Shown one piece after another: positions 30,864-41,585 of a stretch of 64,000 nucleotides of DNA (the first letter of the stretch is position 1; every line of letters begins with the position of its first letter). The DNA lies in assembly GCA_041752695.1 (NCBI GenBank), contig JBGSVZ010000027.1:1-64000 (forward strand). Reading direction: 5' to 3'. The notes under the pieces were generated by a model. It was not told the origin of the DNA and did no database searches. It worked only from the letters and a program-made list of their open reading frames with translations. Both the position numbers and the translations under genes were made by a program. The stretch comes from Terrimicrobiaceae bacterium (lineage in GTDB: Bacteria; Verrucomicrobiota; Verrucomicrobiia; Chthoniobacterales; Terrimicrobiaceae).

Positions 30864-31826
30864 TCAGCGAATTCCGGCAGTCTGTTTTTGCGTGTAGCGC
30901 AGGACGGCTTCGCCAGCCATGTTGACGAAAAGGGTCATGATCACAAGCAGGAGCGCGGCAAACATGAGCGAACTGACTTGCAAACCCTCGGCCTCACCAA
31001 ATTGATTCGCCAATAAACCGGCGAGCGTTCCCGCCGGGGCGAGAAGCGAGCCGCTCAGTCGCGAACTGTTGCCGATCAACATGGCGATGGCCATCGTTTC
31101 CCCCATAGCGCGGCCGAGAGCCAGGATGGTGGCGGCCACGATACCCGGTGCAGCCGTCGGAAGGATGACGCCAAAAATGGCCTCCCAGCGAGTGGATCCC
31201 AGGGCGTAAGCACCTTCCCGAAGTGTCCCCGGAACCGCGACGAGCGCGTTACGGGAGATCGCGGTGATCGTTGGGAGAATCATAAGTGCCAGCACGAGGC
31301 TGGCAGTCAGGAGGCTGTTGCCGTAGGCGGGGCCCGCAAAGAGAACATTCAGCACCGGGGTGTCTTTGAAGGCGGTCACCGCCCAGGCGCCAAATTGCTG
31401 AACCATTGGGATGATGACAAAAATGCCCCACAGGCCGTAAACAACACTGGGGATGGCCGCCAGCATCTCGACCGTGAAACGCACGGCCTGGCGCACCGGC
31501 AGGGGAAGAAAATCTTCGCTGAGGAAAATCGCCACGGCCAAACCCAGGGGCAGGGCGAAAATCAGCGCAATGAACGAACTCGTCGCGGTGCCAATGATGA
31601 AGGGCAGGACCCCGAACTTTTCGCGGTTCGGCAGCCACTTTTCAGACGTGATGAAGTCAAAACCAAAGGCCTTGATGGCCGGCCAGGCTTCTTTGGTGAT
31701 TTCAATGAGGATCCAGGCCAGGGTGGCGACGGTTGCGGCCGACGCCACCCAGCACAGAACCCGGAAAAAGTCAGGCCCCTTGCGGAATTCCTTGATGCCG
31801 CCTTGTTGCAGCGTTGTGGTTTCCAT
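30864..31826 (-). CDS. pstC: Phosphate ABC transporter permease
   Basis: LAAIPSVVYGLWG, GRAMGETMA; start re-set to METTT at 31826. Confidence 0.95.
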   Translation of the reverse strand: METTTLQQGGIKEFRKGPDFFRVLCWVASAATVATLAWILIEITKEAWPAIKAFGFDFITSEKWLPNREKFGVLPFIIGTATSSFIALIFALPLGLAVAIFLSEDFLPLPVRQAVRFTVEMLAAIPSVVYGLWGIFVIIPMVQQFGAWAVTAFKDTPVLNVLFAGPAYGNSLLTASLVLALMILPTITAISRNALVAVPGTLREGAYALGSTRWEAIFGVILPTAAPGIVAATILALGRAMGETMAIAMLIGNSSRLSGSLLAPAGTLAGLLANQFGEAEGLQVSSLMFAALLLVIMTLFVNMAGEAVLRYTQKQTAGIR

Positions 31827-31846
31827 TTCGGGGCCCTGGGTGTGAA

Positions 31847-32860
31847 TTACTCGACGGTCGCAAGGGCGGCCTTGCACTTCTCGACCACGGGAGCCGGAAG
31901 CGGAATGTAGCCCAGCTCGGGAGCAACCTTCTGGCCTTCGGTGATTCCGTAGGTGACGAATTCCTTCAGCGCCTTCAACTTCGCGGCGTCAGGGTATTTT
32001 TTGTAGAGCATCAGCCAGGTGAAAGTCGCGATGGGATAATCCTGCGCGCCGGAGGGATCATCGGGCCAGATCCGAAGGTTGGCCGGAAGTTCGACGTGCT
32101 CCAGCGTGGCCGCGCCGCTCTCGGGCGTGGGTTTCACGAAGTTGCCGCTCTTGTTTTGCAGGCTGGCCATGGAGAGGCCGTTGTGGGCGGCGAAGCCGTA
32201 TTCCACATAACCCACCGCACCGGGGGCTTGTTTGACGAGGGCAGTGACGCCTTCATTGCCCTTGCCGCCCACGCCAACCGGCCAGGCATCGGTGGATTTA
32301 TCCACGCCGATGTCTTCCTTGAACTCGGGGCTGATGGCCGCCAGATGTTTGCTGAAGACAAAAGTCGTGCCACTGCCATCCGAGCGTTTGGCCACGCTGA
32401 TCGGAAGATCGGGGAGTTTCACGCCTTCGTTGGCCTTCGCGATGAGGGGATCGTTCCACTTGGTGACTTTGCCGAGGAAAATCCCGGCCAGGGCCTCACG
32501 GGTGAGCTTGAGATCCTTCACCTCGGGCAGATTATACGCCACCACGATGCTTCCGGCCGTGACGGGCAGGAGCACAACGCCCTGTGCGACCTTCGCGATT
32601 TCCTCGTCGCTCATGGCCGCGTCGCTCGCGCCGAAATCAACTGTTCCCTGAGTGAATTGCTTGACGCCTGCGCCGGAGCCGACGGACTGGTAGTTCACCT
32701 GGACGCCGGAGTTGACCTTGCGAAAATCTGACGCCCAGCGCTGATAAATGGGGGCCGGGAAGCTTGCGCCCGCTCCGGAGAGCTGCTGCGCCATCGCCGA
32801 AGTCGCCAAAATCGCGCTCGCGACCAGGGTGCCGTAGGTGGTGAGAGTAGTATGTTTCAT
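31847..32860 (-). CDS. pstS: Phosphate-binding periplasmic protein
   Basis: GAGASFP, YQSVGSGAG, DFGASD, RSDGSGTT; signal peptide. Confidence 0.97.
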   Translation of the reverse strand: MKHTTLTTYGTLVASAILATSAMAQQLSGAGASFPAPIYQRWASDFRKVNSGVQVNYQSVGSGAGVKQFTQGTVDFGASDAAMSDEEIAKVAQGVVLLPVTAGSIVVAYNLPEVKDLKLTREALAGIFLGKVTKWNDPLIAKANEGVKLPDLPISVAKRSDGSGTTFVFSKHLAAISPEFKEDIGVDKSTDAWPVGVGGKGNEGVTALVKQAPGAVGYVEYGFAAHNGLSMASLQNKSGNFVKPTPESGAATLEHVELPANLRIWPDDPSGAQDYPIATFTWLMLYKKYPDAAKLKALKEFVTYGITEGQKVAPELGYIPLPAPVVEKCKAALATVE

Positions 32861-32924
32861 AGTGGGTTAGGGATATCAGTTAACGACTGAACTCATAAAA
32901 CAAGCCAGCGCCAAAGGCCAGTTT

Positions 32925-32942
32925 GTTACAATTCCGTGACAG
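32925..32942 (-). promoter_or_regulatory. Pho-box-like site upstream of pstS
   Basis: Minus strand CTGTCAC-GGAA-TTGTAAC: 11-bp-period direct repeat resembling the PhoB consensus. Confidence 0.75.
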
Positions 32943-32985
32943 TGGCGACCCCGGACTGCCCCGGCAGGGTGTTTCAAAAAGCAGT

Positions 32986-33005
32986 CTGTGACATTTTTGT
33001 AACAG
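32986..33005. promoter_or_regulatory. Second Pho-box-like site between pstS and ppk2
   Basis: Plus strand CTGTGAC-ATTT-TTGTAAC; minus strand CTGTTAC-AAAA-ATGTCAC. Confidence 0.7.
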
Positions 33006-33049
33006 CACGGAGGAGTGGCATTCCTCGCGAGGTCGTATAAGCAGGGGAA

Positions 33050-33958
33050 ATGACCCCGCCCGAAAACACCCCGCCCTCCGAAGATGAGATCTTTCAGCGT
33101 TTCCACCGCGAGATGCTGGACAGCTTCGACGAGGAACTGGAAATCGAACAGGAGGACCGCGAGGACGGAGAAGAATCGGACGACCAGGACTTTCGCCGGA
33201 AGTATTTTAAGGAACTCTTCCGCCTGCAAAGCGAGTTGGTGAAACTTCAGGAATGGGTGGTCGCCTCGGGTCACAAGCTGGTCGTACTCTTCGAAGGCCG
33301 CGACGCGGCCGGCAAGGGTGGCTCGATCAAACGCATCACCCAGCGGCTCAACCCCCGGGTCTGCCGCGTTGCCGCCCTCCCGGCCCCGAACAACCGCGAG
33401 CGCACCCAATGGTATTTCCAGCGCTACGTGCCCCATCTTCCGGCGGCGGGCGAAATTGTGCTCTTCGACCGCAGTTGGTACAACCGCGCCGGTGTCGAAC
33501 GCGTGATGGGATTCTGCAACGACGAAGAATACGAGGAATTTTTCCGTTCCGTGCCGGAATTTGAAAAGATGCTCGTCCGCTCCGGCATCCAACTCATTAA
33601 ATACTGGTTTTCCATCACCGACGACGAACAGGAATTCCGCTTCCGCTGCCGCGTTCACGATCCGCTGAAACGCTGGAAACTCAGTCCGATGGACCTGGAG
33701 TCTCGCCGTCGCTGGGAGGACTACACCAAGGCCAAGGAAATCATGCTGGAACGCACCCATATTCCCGAAGCAAAATGGTGGGTCGTCCAGGGCGTGGACA
33801 AAAAGAAGGCCCGGCTCAACTGCATCGCCCACCTCCTTGACCAGGTGGCGTATCAGGACGTCGACCACGATCCCATCGTCCTCCCCGAGCGGGTGCACCA
33901 CGCGGACTATCACCGCAATCCCGTGCCGCCGGAAATGTTTGTGCCCGAGAGGTACTAG
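33050..33958 (+). CDS. ppk2: Polyphosphate kinase 2
   Basis: FEGRDAAGKGG, QWYFQRY, FDRSWYNRAGVERVMGFC, WKLSPMD. Confidence 0.97.
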   Translation: MTPPENTPPSEDEIFQRFHREMLDSFDEELEIEQEDREDGEESDDQDFRRKYFKELFRLQSELVKLQEWVVASGHKLVVLFEGRDAAGKGGSIKRITQRLNPRVCRVAALPAPNNRERTQWYFQRYVPHLPAAGEIVLFDRSWYNRAGVERVMGFCNDEEYEEFFRSVPEFEKMLVRSGIQLIKYWFSITDDEQEFRFRCRVHDPLKRWKLSPMDLESRRRWEDYTKAKEIMLERTHIPEAKWWVVQGVDKKKARLNCIAHLLDQVAYQDVDHDPIVLPERVHHADYHRNPVPPEMFVPERY

Positions 33959-34007
33959 AGCCGCGATCTGGAGGGACATCCCCCGGCAGGTCTGGGCTGG
34001 CTTTCTT

Positions 34008-34050
34008 ATATGCGCATTGACAGATATTCGTCGATACGCATATTAAGACG
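34008..34050 (+). promoter_or_regulatory. ars promoter with ArsR-type inverted-repeat operator
   Basis: ATATGCGCATTGAC (34008-21) / GTCGATACGCATAT (34030-43), 12/14 inverted match, overlapping TTGACA (34017-22) and CATATT (34039-44). Confidence 0.8.
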
Positions 34051-34401
34051 ATGCGACTGATCGAAATCTACCAATGCCTCTGCGACGAAACGCGGCTGCG
34101 GATTTTGCATTTGCTCACGGAGGGCCCACTTTGTGTCTGCCACTTTCAGGACATTCTCGGTGTGCCGCAGACCCGGGTGTCGCAGCACCTTTCCTACCTC
34201 CGCAAGCGTGGCCTGGTGGAGAGCGTGCGCCGCGGCACGTGGATGATCTATTCGCTGCCCGCCCGGCCTTCGGCGGAATTGGAAAAACACCTCCGATGCC
34301 TGCAGGATTGTGTGTTGTCGGAGAAGCTCTTTCGCGACGACCTGAAAAAACTCCGCAAGGCGAGTCCCACCGTCTCCCCCGCCAACTCCTGCAACTGCTA
34401 A
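34051..34401 (+). CDS. arsR: ArsR/SmtB-family repressor
   Basis: LCDETRLRIL, PLCVCHF As-binding box, VSQHLSYLR, C-terminal CNC. Confidence 0.92.
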   Translation: MRLIEIYQCLCDETRLRILHLLTEGPLCVCHFQDILGVPQTRVSQHLSYLRKRGLVESVRRGTWMIYSLPARPSAELEKHLRCLQDCVLSEKLFRDDLKKLRKASPTVSPANSCNC

Positions 34402-34407
34402 GATCCC

Positions 34408-34899
34408 ATGACCGCCTCCAAACCCTTCAAGCTTCTTTTCCTCTGCACCGGCAATTCCGCCCGAAGTATCATCGCTGAATACCTCGCCAAAAATATCGGC
34501 GGCGAAAAATTCGAAGTCGTAAGCGCCGGCTCCGATCCCAAGCCCGCGCCCCATCCGTTGGCGCTGAAAATCCTGAACGACAGCTTCCGCATCGACGCGT
34601 CCGATGCCCGCAGCAAGTCCTGGAAGGAATTTGAAGGGGTGGAATTCGATTTTGTCATCACCCTTTGTGATAACGCGAAGGAGAGCTGCCCGGTCTGGCC
34701 CGGTCAGCCCATCATCGCCCATTGGGGTTCGCCGGATCCGGCGGATGCTGCGGGAACCGATGCAGAAAAGGAAAGAGCCTTCTGGCAGGTCGCCCAGCAA
34801 ATCAAACGACGCATCGAACTCTTCTCCTCCCTGCCCTTCGAAAAACTCGATGCGCTCCGCCTCGAAAAAGCCACGCGCGACATCGGTAACCAAGCCTGA
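34408..34899 (+). CDS. arsC: Arsenate reductase, LMW-PTPase fold
   Basis: LCTGNSARS P-loop, TLCDNAKESCPVWPG, HWGSPDP. Confidence 0.88.
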   Translation: MTASKPFKLLFLCTGNSARSIIAEYLAKNIGGEKFEVVSAGSDPKPAPHPLALKILNDSFRIDASDARSKSWKEFEGVEFDFVITLCDNAKESCPVWPGQPIIAHWGSPDPADAAGTDAEKERAFWQVAQQIKRRIELFSSLPFEKLDALRLEKATRDIGNQA

Positions 34900-34903
34900 A
34901 TTT

Positions 34904-35362
34904 ATGAAAACCTCCGACCTTAAATCGCACCTCGCCGCCCATCCCGCAAAGCAACTCCGTTTCCTGCTGCCCGACGGCGGGTTCGTCCCCTTCCATGCCC
35001 ACATCACCGAAGCCGGGCGGATGGACAAAACCTTTCTCGACTGCGGGGGAACTCTCCGGCGCACGTCCGCCTGCCTGCTGCAAGCCTGGGTGGCGGATGA
35101 TACCGATCACCGCATTCCGGCGGGAAAACTCTCCACCATCCTCGATCTCGCCGCGCCTTTGCTGGAATCCGAGGACCTTGAAGTGGAACTCGAATATCAG
35201 GAGGAATGGATTTCCCAATTTCCCGTCGTCGACGCCGTGGTCTCCGACGAAGCCCTCACGTTCCAGCTCGGACTCAAACACACCGACTGTCTGGCCAAGG
35301 ACGTCTGTCTGCCTTCCTCTAAGGATGAGGAGAGCTGTTGCAGTGGGGGCGGCTGCTGCTGA
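34904..35362 (+). CDS. DUF6428-like protein with Cys-rich tail
   Basis: HAHITEAG...FLDCGG..R, Q.WVADD..HR, EVELEY, TDCLAKDVC...SCCSGGGCC. Confidence 0.72.
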   Translation: MKTSDLKSHLAAHPAKQLRFLLPDGGFVPFHAHITEAGRMDKTFLDCGGTLRRTSACLLQAWVADDTDHRIPAGKLSTILDLAAPLLESEDLEVELEYQEEWISQFPVVDAVVSDEALTFQLGLKHTDCLAKDVCLPSSKDEESCCSGGGCC

Positions 35363-35371
35363 GTCCTTATG

Positions 35372-35446
35372 GCCGCAAAAGAACGCAAGGAACACAAAAG
35401 AAGCGAACCACGCGGATCCTTTGCGCTCTCTGCGTTCCTTCGCGGC
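35372..35446. repeat. Intergenic imperfect 30-bp inverted repeat made of 9-nt units
   Basis: GCCGCAAAAGAACGCAAGGAACACAAAAGA pairs with TCCTTTGCGCTCTCTGCGTTCCTTCGCGGC. Confidence 0.8.
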
Positions 35447-35455
35447 TGAAAAATT

Positions 35456-36574
35456 ATGTCTGATTCCATCGCCAAAAGAATGTCCTTTCTGGACCGTTAT
35501 CTGACGGTCTGGATCTTCGCCGCCATGGGGATTGGCGTGTTGCTGAGCAGTTTTGTCATTACCGATCCGGAGAAATTTTTCGCCCCGCTCACGGTCGGGA
35601 CGACCAATCTCCCCATCGCCTTCGGGCTCATCCTTATGATGTACCCGCCGCTGGCCAAGGTGCGCTATGAGCAGATTCCCAAAGTGTTTGCCAACACGCG
35701 CATCCTCGGCCTGTCCCTCATCCAGAACTGGATTGTGGGTCCGATCCTTATGTTCCTCCTCGCGGTCCTCTTTCTGCACAACCACCCGGAATATATGGTG
35801 GGGCTGATTCTGGTCGGCATCGCCCGCTGCATTGCCATGGTCCTGGTCTGGAACGAACTGGCGAAGGGCAACAACGAATACGCCGCCGCGCTCGTCGCGA
35901 TCAACAGCGTGGCGCAGATCGTCTTTTACAGCTTTTACGCCTGGGTTTTTATCACCGTGCTCCCCCCGTATTTTGGCCTCGCGGGCGCGGTCGTGCCGGT
36001 GGGCATCGGCGACATTTTTGTCAGCGTGATGATTTACCTCGGCTTTCCGTTCGCCGCGGGATTTCTCAGTCGCATCGTGCTCACGCGCTGGAAGGGGCGG
36101 GAGTGGTATGAGACCAAATTCCTGCCGCGCATCGCCCCGATCACGCTTGTGGCTCTGCTTTTCACCATTGTCGTCATGTTCACTTTCCAAGGCGGCAAGC
36201 TGGTGGCGCGCCCCTTCGATGTCCTGCTTATTGCCATCCCGCTCTCAATCTATTTTGTGGTGATGTTCTTTGTGAGCTTCTTCATGGGCAAAAAGCTCGG
36301 CGCGGACTACAGCCGCTCGACCACCCTGGCTTTCACGGCCGCCGGTAATAATTTTGAGCTGGCCATTGCGGTGGCGATCGCGGTCTTCGGTCTCAACTCC
36401 GGAGCGGCCTTCGCCGCCGTGGTTGGCCCGCTCCTGGAAGTTCCCATCCTGATCGCTCTGGTTCATGTCGCGCTCCGGTTTCAACGTCGATTTTTCGCCG
36501 GGGAAATCCCCCCCGCGCCCGACTCGATTCTGAAAGCGGCCCAGGACGGCTGCCCGCCACCCGTGTCCCTTTAA
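35456..36574 (+). CDS. acr3: Acr3-family arsenite efflux transporter
   Basis: [52 protein letters not shown]. Confidence 0.96.
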   Translation: MSDSIAKRMSFLDRYLTVWIFAAMGIGVLLSSFVITDPEKFFAPLTVGTTNLPIAFGLILMMYPPLAKVRYEQIPKVFANTRILGLSLIQNWIVGPILMFLLAVLFLHNHPEYMVGLILVGIARCIAMVLVWNELAKGNNEYAAALVAINSVAQIVFYSFYAWVFITVLPPYFGLAGAVVPVGIGDIFVSVMIYLGFPFAAGFLSRIVLTRWKGREWYETKFLPRIAPITLVALLFTIVVMFTFQGGKLVARPFDVLLIAIPLSIYFVVMFFVSFFMGKKLGADYSRSTTLAFTAAGNNFELAIAVAIAVFGLNSGAAFAAVVGPLLEVPILIALVHVALRFQRRFFAGEIPPAPDSILKAAQDGCPPPVSL

Positions 36575-36578
36575 TCCT

Positions 36579-37019
36579 ATGTCGCCACGTCTGTCCGTTC
36601 TCATCCTCTGCACTGGAAACTCCTGCCGCAGCCATCTCGCCGAAGGCATTCTTCGCCAGGCCGCCGGGGACCTCGTCGATGTTCACAGCGCGGGATCCAA
36701 ACCCGCCGGGTACGTCCATCCCGAGGCCATCGCGGTGATGCAGGAAATCGGCATCGATATTTCCGCGCACACCTCGAAGCACATGAACGAGTTTCTTGCG
36801 CAAAACATCACCACCGTGATCACGGTCTGCGGCAAAGCCGATCAGGCCTGCCCGATGTTTCCCGGTCAGGTGAACCGGCACCATTGGGGTTTCACCGATC
36901 CTGCGCATGCCACCGGCACGCCGGAGGAAATCCACGCGGAATTCCGCCGCGTCCGCGATGCGATCCAATTGGTTTTCGGAGCGTACGCCGCGGGATTGCG
37001 CGAGGGATCGGCATCCTGA
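36579..37019 (+). CDS. arsC: Arsenate reductase, thioredoxin-coupled LMW-PTPase type (second copy)
   Basis: [33 protein letters not shown]. Confidence 0.9.
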   Translation: MSPRLSVLILCTGNSCRSHLAEGILRQAAGDLVDVHSAGSKPAGYVHPEAIAVMQEIGIDISAHTSKHMNEFLAQNITTVITVCGKADQACPMFPGQVNRHHWGFTDPAHATGTPEEIHAEFRRVRDAIQLVFGAYAAGLREGSAS

Positions 37020-37072
37020 TCTTCGAGTTGTCTTTCGCTTTGGTCTGCGGGTTTCGCCCCGTCTGAGGGCCC

Positions 37073-37106
37073 AAAAAAAGACCGGACCTTTCGGCCCGGC
37101 CTTTCT
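37073..37106 (-). terminator. Rho-independent terminator of metK-ahcY (may act bidirectionally)
   Basis: Minus strand AGGCCGGGCC-GAAA-GGTCCGGTCT followed by a T run. Confidence 0.8.
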
Positions 37107-37133
37107 CTGGGTCACCGCCTTGCGACGGTGAAA

Positions 37134-37195
37134 TGTAGTCGCCCCGCTCTGCCGGGGCGTCCCGTGGCGAACCCCGACAGAGCGGGGTGGCTACA
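37134..37195. repeat. GTAG-type REP doublet
   Basis: TGTAGTCGCCCCGCTCTGCCGGGG ... CCCCGACAGAGCGGGGTGGCTACA, 21/24 inverted match. Confidence 0.8.
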
Positions 37196-37206
37196 GGTGG
37201 AATATC

Positions 37207-38673
37207 CTAGTAGCGGTAATGCTCGGGCTTGTAAGGGCCGTCGACGGGCACCCCGATGTAGTCGGCTTGTTCCTTGGAAAGAACGGTGAGTTTGACCCCG
37301 ATTTTTTCCAAATGCAGGCGGGCGACTTCCTCATCGAGTTTCTTAGGCAACACGGTGACGCCGACTTCGCGGGTCTCGCGCGTTTCCCAGAGTTCGATTT
37401 GGGCGAGGGTCTGGTTGGTGAAGCTATTGCTCATGACAAAGCTCGGATGTCCCGTGGCGCAGCCGAGGTTTACCAGGCGTCCCTCGGCGAGCATGTAGAT
37501 GCTGTTGCCGGCGGGAAAGGTGTATTTGTCCACCTGAGGCTTGATGTTGAGCTTCTTGATGCCGGCGAGCTTCTCGAGTTTGTCCACCTGGATCTCGTTG
37601 TCGAAGTGCCCGATGTTACACACGATGGCCTGATCTTTCATCTTTACCATGTGTTCGGCGGTGATGATGTCGCGGTTGCCCGTGGTGGTGACATAGATGT
37701 CGCCGATGCCGAGGGTGTCCTCAATGGGCATCACACGGTGTCCGGCCATGGCGGCCTGGAGGGCGCAGACAGGATCAATCTCGGTCACGATCACCTGCGC
37801 ACCCATGCCTTTGAGGGCTTCGGCGCAGCCTTTGCCCACGTCGCCATATCCGCAGACGACGCCGACTTTGCCGGCAATCATCACGTCGGTGGCGCGCTTG
37901 ATGCCATCGAGGAGCGATTCGCGGCAACCGTAAAGGTTGTCGAACTTCGCTTTGGTCACCGAATCGTTGACGTTGATGGCGGGGATGAGGAGCTTGCCGG
38001 CTTTCTGCATTTCGTAAAGACGATGCACACCGGTCGTGGTTTCCTCGGAGACACCTTTGAGTTCCTTAAGGATCTCATGGAAGATGCCGGGCTGTTCGGC
38101 CTGGATTTTTTTCAGCAGGGCCTTGACCACGGAAACTTCGTGGTTGTCGGACGGCGTATCAATCCAGGTGTCGCCGTTTTCCATTTCATAACCCTTATGA
38201 ATGAGCAAAGTGACGTCGCCGCCATCATCCACGATAAGCTGCGGTCCCTTGTTCCCCGGGAACATGATGGCTTTCCAGGTGCAATCCCAATATTCTTCGA
38301 GGGTTTCACCCTTCCAGGCAAAGACGGGGACGCCGGAAGCCGCGATGGCGGCGGCGGCGTGGTCCTGGGTCGAGAAGATATTGCAGGACGCCCAGCGCAC
38401 ATCAGCGCCGAGTTCCCTAAGGGTCTCGATCAACACTCCGGTCTGAATGGTCATGTGGAGCGAACCGGTGATGCGCACGCCGGCGAGGGGCTTTTTTGGG
38501 CCGTATTTTTCGCGGGTGGCGATCAAGCCCGGCATTTCGTGCTCGGCGATGTCCAGCTCCTTGCGGCCAAACTCGGCCAGGGTGAGGTCGCGGACGAGAA
38601 AGTCCTCCGCGAGGGGTTTCGAGGTGAAGCTCGGGGCTTTGACGGTCGGTGGTTCCAGTGTGGCAGTGCTCAT
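37207..38673 (-). CDS. ahcY: S-adenosylhomocysteine hydrolase
   Basis: [45 protein letters not shown]. Confidence 0.98.
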   Translation of the reverse strand: MSTATLEPPTVKAPSFTSKPLAEDFLVRDLTLAEFGRKELDIAEHEMPGLIATREKYGPKKPLAGVRITGSLHMTIQTGVLIETLRELGADVRWASCNIFSTQDHAAAAIAASGVPVFAWKGETLEEYWDCTWKAIMFPGNKGPQLIVDDGGDVTLLIHKGYEMENGDTWIDTPSDNHEVSVVKALLKKIQAEQPGIFHEILKELKGVSEETTTGVHRLYEMQKAGKLLIPAINVNDSVTKAKFDNLYGCRESLLDGIKRATDVMIAGKVGVVCGYGDVGKGCAEALKGMGAQVIVTEIDPVCALQAAMAGHRVMPIEDTLGIGDIYVTTTGNRDIITAEHMVKMKDQAIVCNIGHFDNEIQVDKLEKLAGIKKLNIKPQVDKYTFPAGNSIYMLAEGRLVNLGCATGHPSFVMSNSFTNQTLAQIELWETRETREVGVTVLPKKLDEEVARLHLEKIGVKLTVLSKEQADYIGVPVDGPYKPEHYRY

Positions 38674-38724
38674 GGTATTAGTTTTATGTTTTAAGTTTCT
38701 AAGTTTTAAGAGGTCTTAAAACTG

Positions 38725-39897
<1,173 letters not shown>

Positions 39898-39952
39898 GGG
39901 ATATATAAATGTATTACGATGTATTGATAGATTGGATGCCAGAGAATGTCAA
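39898..39952 (-). promoter_or_regulatory. Putative metK promoter and AT-rich operator region
   Basis: Minus strand TTGACA (39952-47), 17 nt, TATCAA; then AATACAT twice at 10-nt spacing before the ATG. Confidence 0.55.
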
Positions 39953-40062
39953 ATGGGAGGTTTTTTCCACAAAGACGGGCACACGAAACGAACGCTCCCT
40001 CCGGGCGGGGAGGCGTGAGCCACGGCCCGGACGCCCTCAGGATCAAATGGGGGATCCCCGTC

Positions 40063-41508
40063 TCAGGGAGCCGGGAGAATCGCCTGATGAGGGAGTTCCC
40101 CGGTCCACGGGCAGAGATGGAAGTTTGGATACGTCAAAATCACCGAGGCGTCTTGCGAAGGATCGTCGGAGGCGAGGTCGAGGCGCAGCTGATGCGGTCC
40201 CGCGGAAGGATGGACCAGCACCCGTGATCCGTTCGGGCCGCGGTGGGGGGCCGGCACATAGGGCAGGCCGGGAGGGCATTCATGGAGGAGCTTTCCGTCG
40301 AGGAACAGTCGCGCTCCCGCGCGGGCGAGGCAAAGAATCTGTCGGGGTTCGTTGTCCGTGGGCTCCCAGGTCCAGGTGGCTCCGGCCGCCTGTTTGACCG
40401 CGGCGGGCAATTCGCCATTGGCCCAGGGGACGGGCTGCCTTCCGCCTGCCGGCAGGAGGTCAACGGTGCCTGGCAACGTCGTCAGATTGACACTGGTGCC
40501 ATTGAGATCCCAATCCGACAGGCTCCATGATTGGGAGCAAAGTTTGCCAATGAGCCGCACGGTGCGGCGGGTCAGTTCGTCCAACGTTCGCGGGACGTTG
40601 ATTCCCAAAATACCCGACCCGACAAAAACCCCATCGCCGATTGGGTCACTCCAGAGCGAGGGAATGCTTTCGGCGCCATTTAACAGCCCCAACGTGGCCC
40701 CGACGGTGGCTGCCGTGCAGTCGGTGTCATAACCGCCATTGACGGCCAGGAGGATGCTCTGTTCAAAGTTCTCCTCGCCATAGAGCAGGGCCCAGAGGGT
40801 GAGGGCGACATTGAGCGGGGCATGGGTAAAGTTTTCGTTGCCGTGCCGTTTGAGAAGTTCCCTCCAGCAGTCCCACGCGGAAAGTCCTTCCGTGTGCGAA
40901 TCGCAAACAAAATGCGAGGCTGTCGCGGTTTCGTTTCGTGCGGGCAAATACCGTAGCGCGCAGGTGATGGACTCCTTGAGGGGGATGCCCGCCGCCACCT
41001 GGCTTTGCAGGACCGCGAACAGGACTTCCCCGGCAATGCCTTCGGCTCCGTGGTCCAGCGAAGCATCGAGGGCGGCATAGTGAGCCGCACTGTCGGGTTC
41101 GCCGGGAAACAGGCAGGCCCAGATCTCGGACCGGATGGGGGACCCCATCCCCGCATGAAAAGGGTTCTCGAAGGTACCCACGTTTTGCAGAGGCACCCCC
41201 CGCCGCAGATTCCACCGGCAGATGCCATACTCGTCCCACATGTAATGAATGTGGTCGAGCCAGGCCGCGGCAAAGTCCGCCCGGGTGAGGGATGTGCCGG
41301 CATTTTCCACCAAATGCAGCCAGACGAGTTGCAGTTCCAGATCATCATTCGGCGGAGCGATCGTCGGGACCGGGTCGTAAAAGGAAAAATCCAGCCGCTC
41401 CATCCGGCCCTCCGCGGGGAGACCGAGCGTACCGCCGATGGATTTGCCCAGCCAGCAGCCATGAATCCGGGACGTGAGTTCGAGTTCGGGAGAAAGCGTC
41501 GGAGGCAT
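40063..41508 (-). CDS. ADP-ribosylglycohydrolase-family protein with C-terminal extension
   Basis: GCWLGKSIGGTLG, PNDDLELQ, GSPIRSE, GYDTDCTAATVG metal-binding motifs; no signal peptide. Confidence 0.85.
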   Translation of the reverse strand: MPPTLSPELELTSRIHGCWLGKSIGGTLGLPAEGRMERLDFSFYDPVPTIAPPNDDLELQLVWLHLVENAGTSLTRADFAAAWLDHIHYMWDEYGICRWNLRRGVPLQNVGTFENPFHAGMGSPIRSEIWACLFPGEPDSAAHYAALDASLDHGAEGIAGEVLFAVLQSQVAAGIPLKESITCALRYLPARNETATASHFVCDSHTEGLSAWDCWRELLKRHGNENFTHAPLNVALTLWALLYGEENFEQSILLAVNGGYDTDCTAATVGATLGLLNGAESIPSLWSDPIGDGVFVGSGILGINVPRTLDELTRRTVRLIGKLCSQSWSLSDWDLNGTSVNLTTLPGTVDLLPAGGRQPVPWANGELPAAVKQAAGATWTWEPTDNEPRQILCLARAGARLFLDGKLLHECPPGLPYVPAPHRGPNGSRVLVHPSAGPHQLRLDLASDDPSQDASVILTYPNFHLCPWTGELPHQAILPAP

Positions 41509-41585
41509 GGGGGTATAATAGAGTGGTTTTATAAAAATAAAATCATTTTATTGACATAAACATCGTTTTTATTGATGTTCTGCGC
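41509..41585. promoter_or_regulatory. Divergent promoters with a palindromic operator
   Basis: Perfect AATAAAAT-C-ATTTTATT (41536-52) overlapping TTGACA (41551-56); related copy ATAAACATCGTTTTTATT (41556-73); minus-strand TATTAT 6 nt before the ARH ATG. Confidence 0.75.

Noticed and set aside
40063..41508. ARH gene as the antitoxin of an ADP-ribosylation toxin or defence system
   Set aside because: No ADP-ribosyltransferase or toxin is adjacent, and the context is sugar catabolism.
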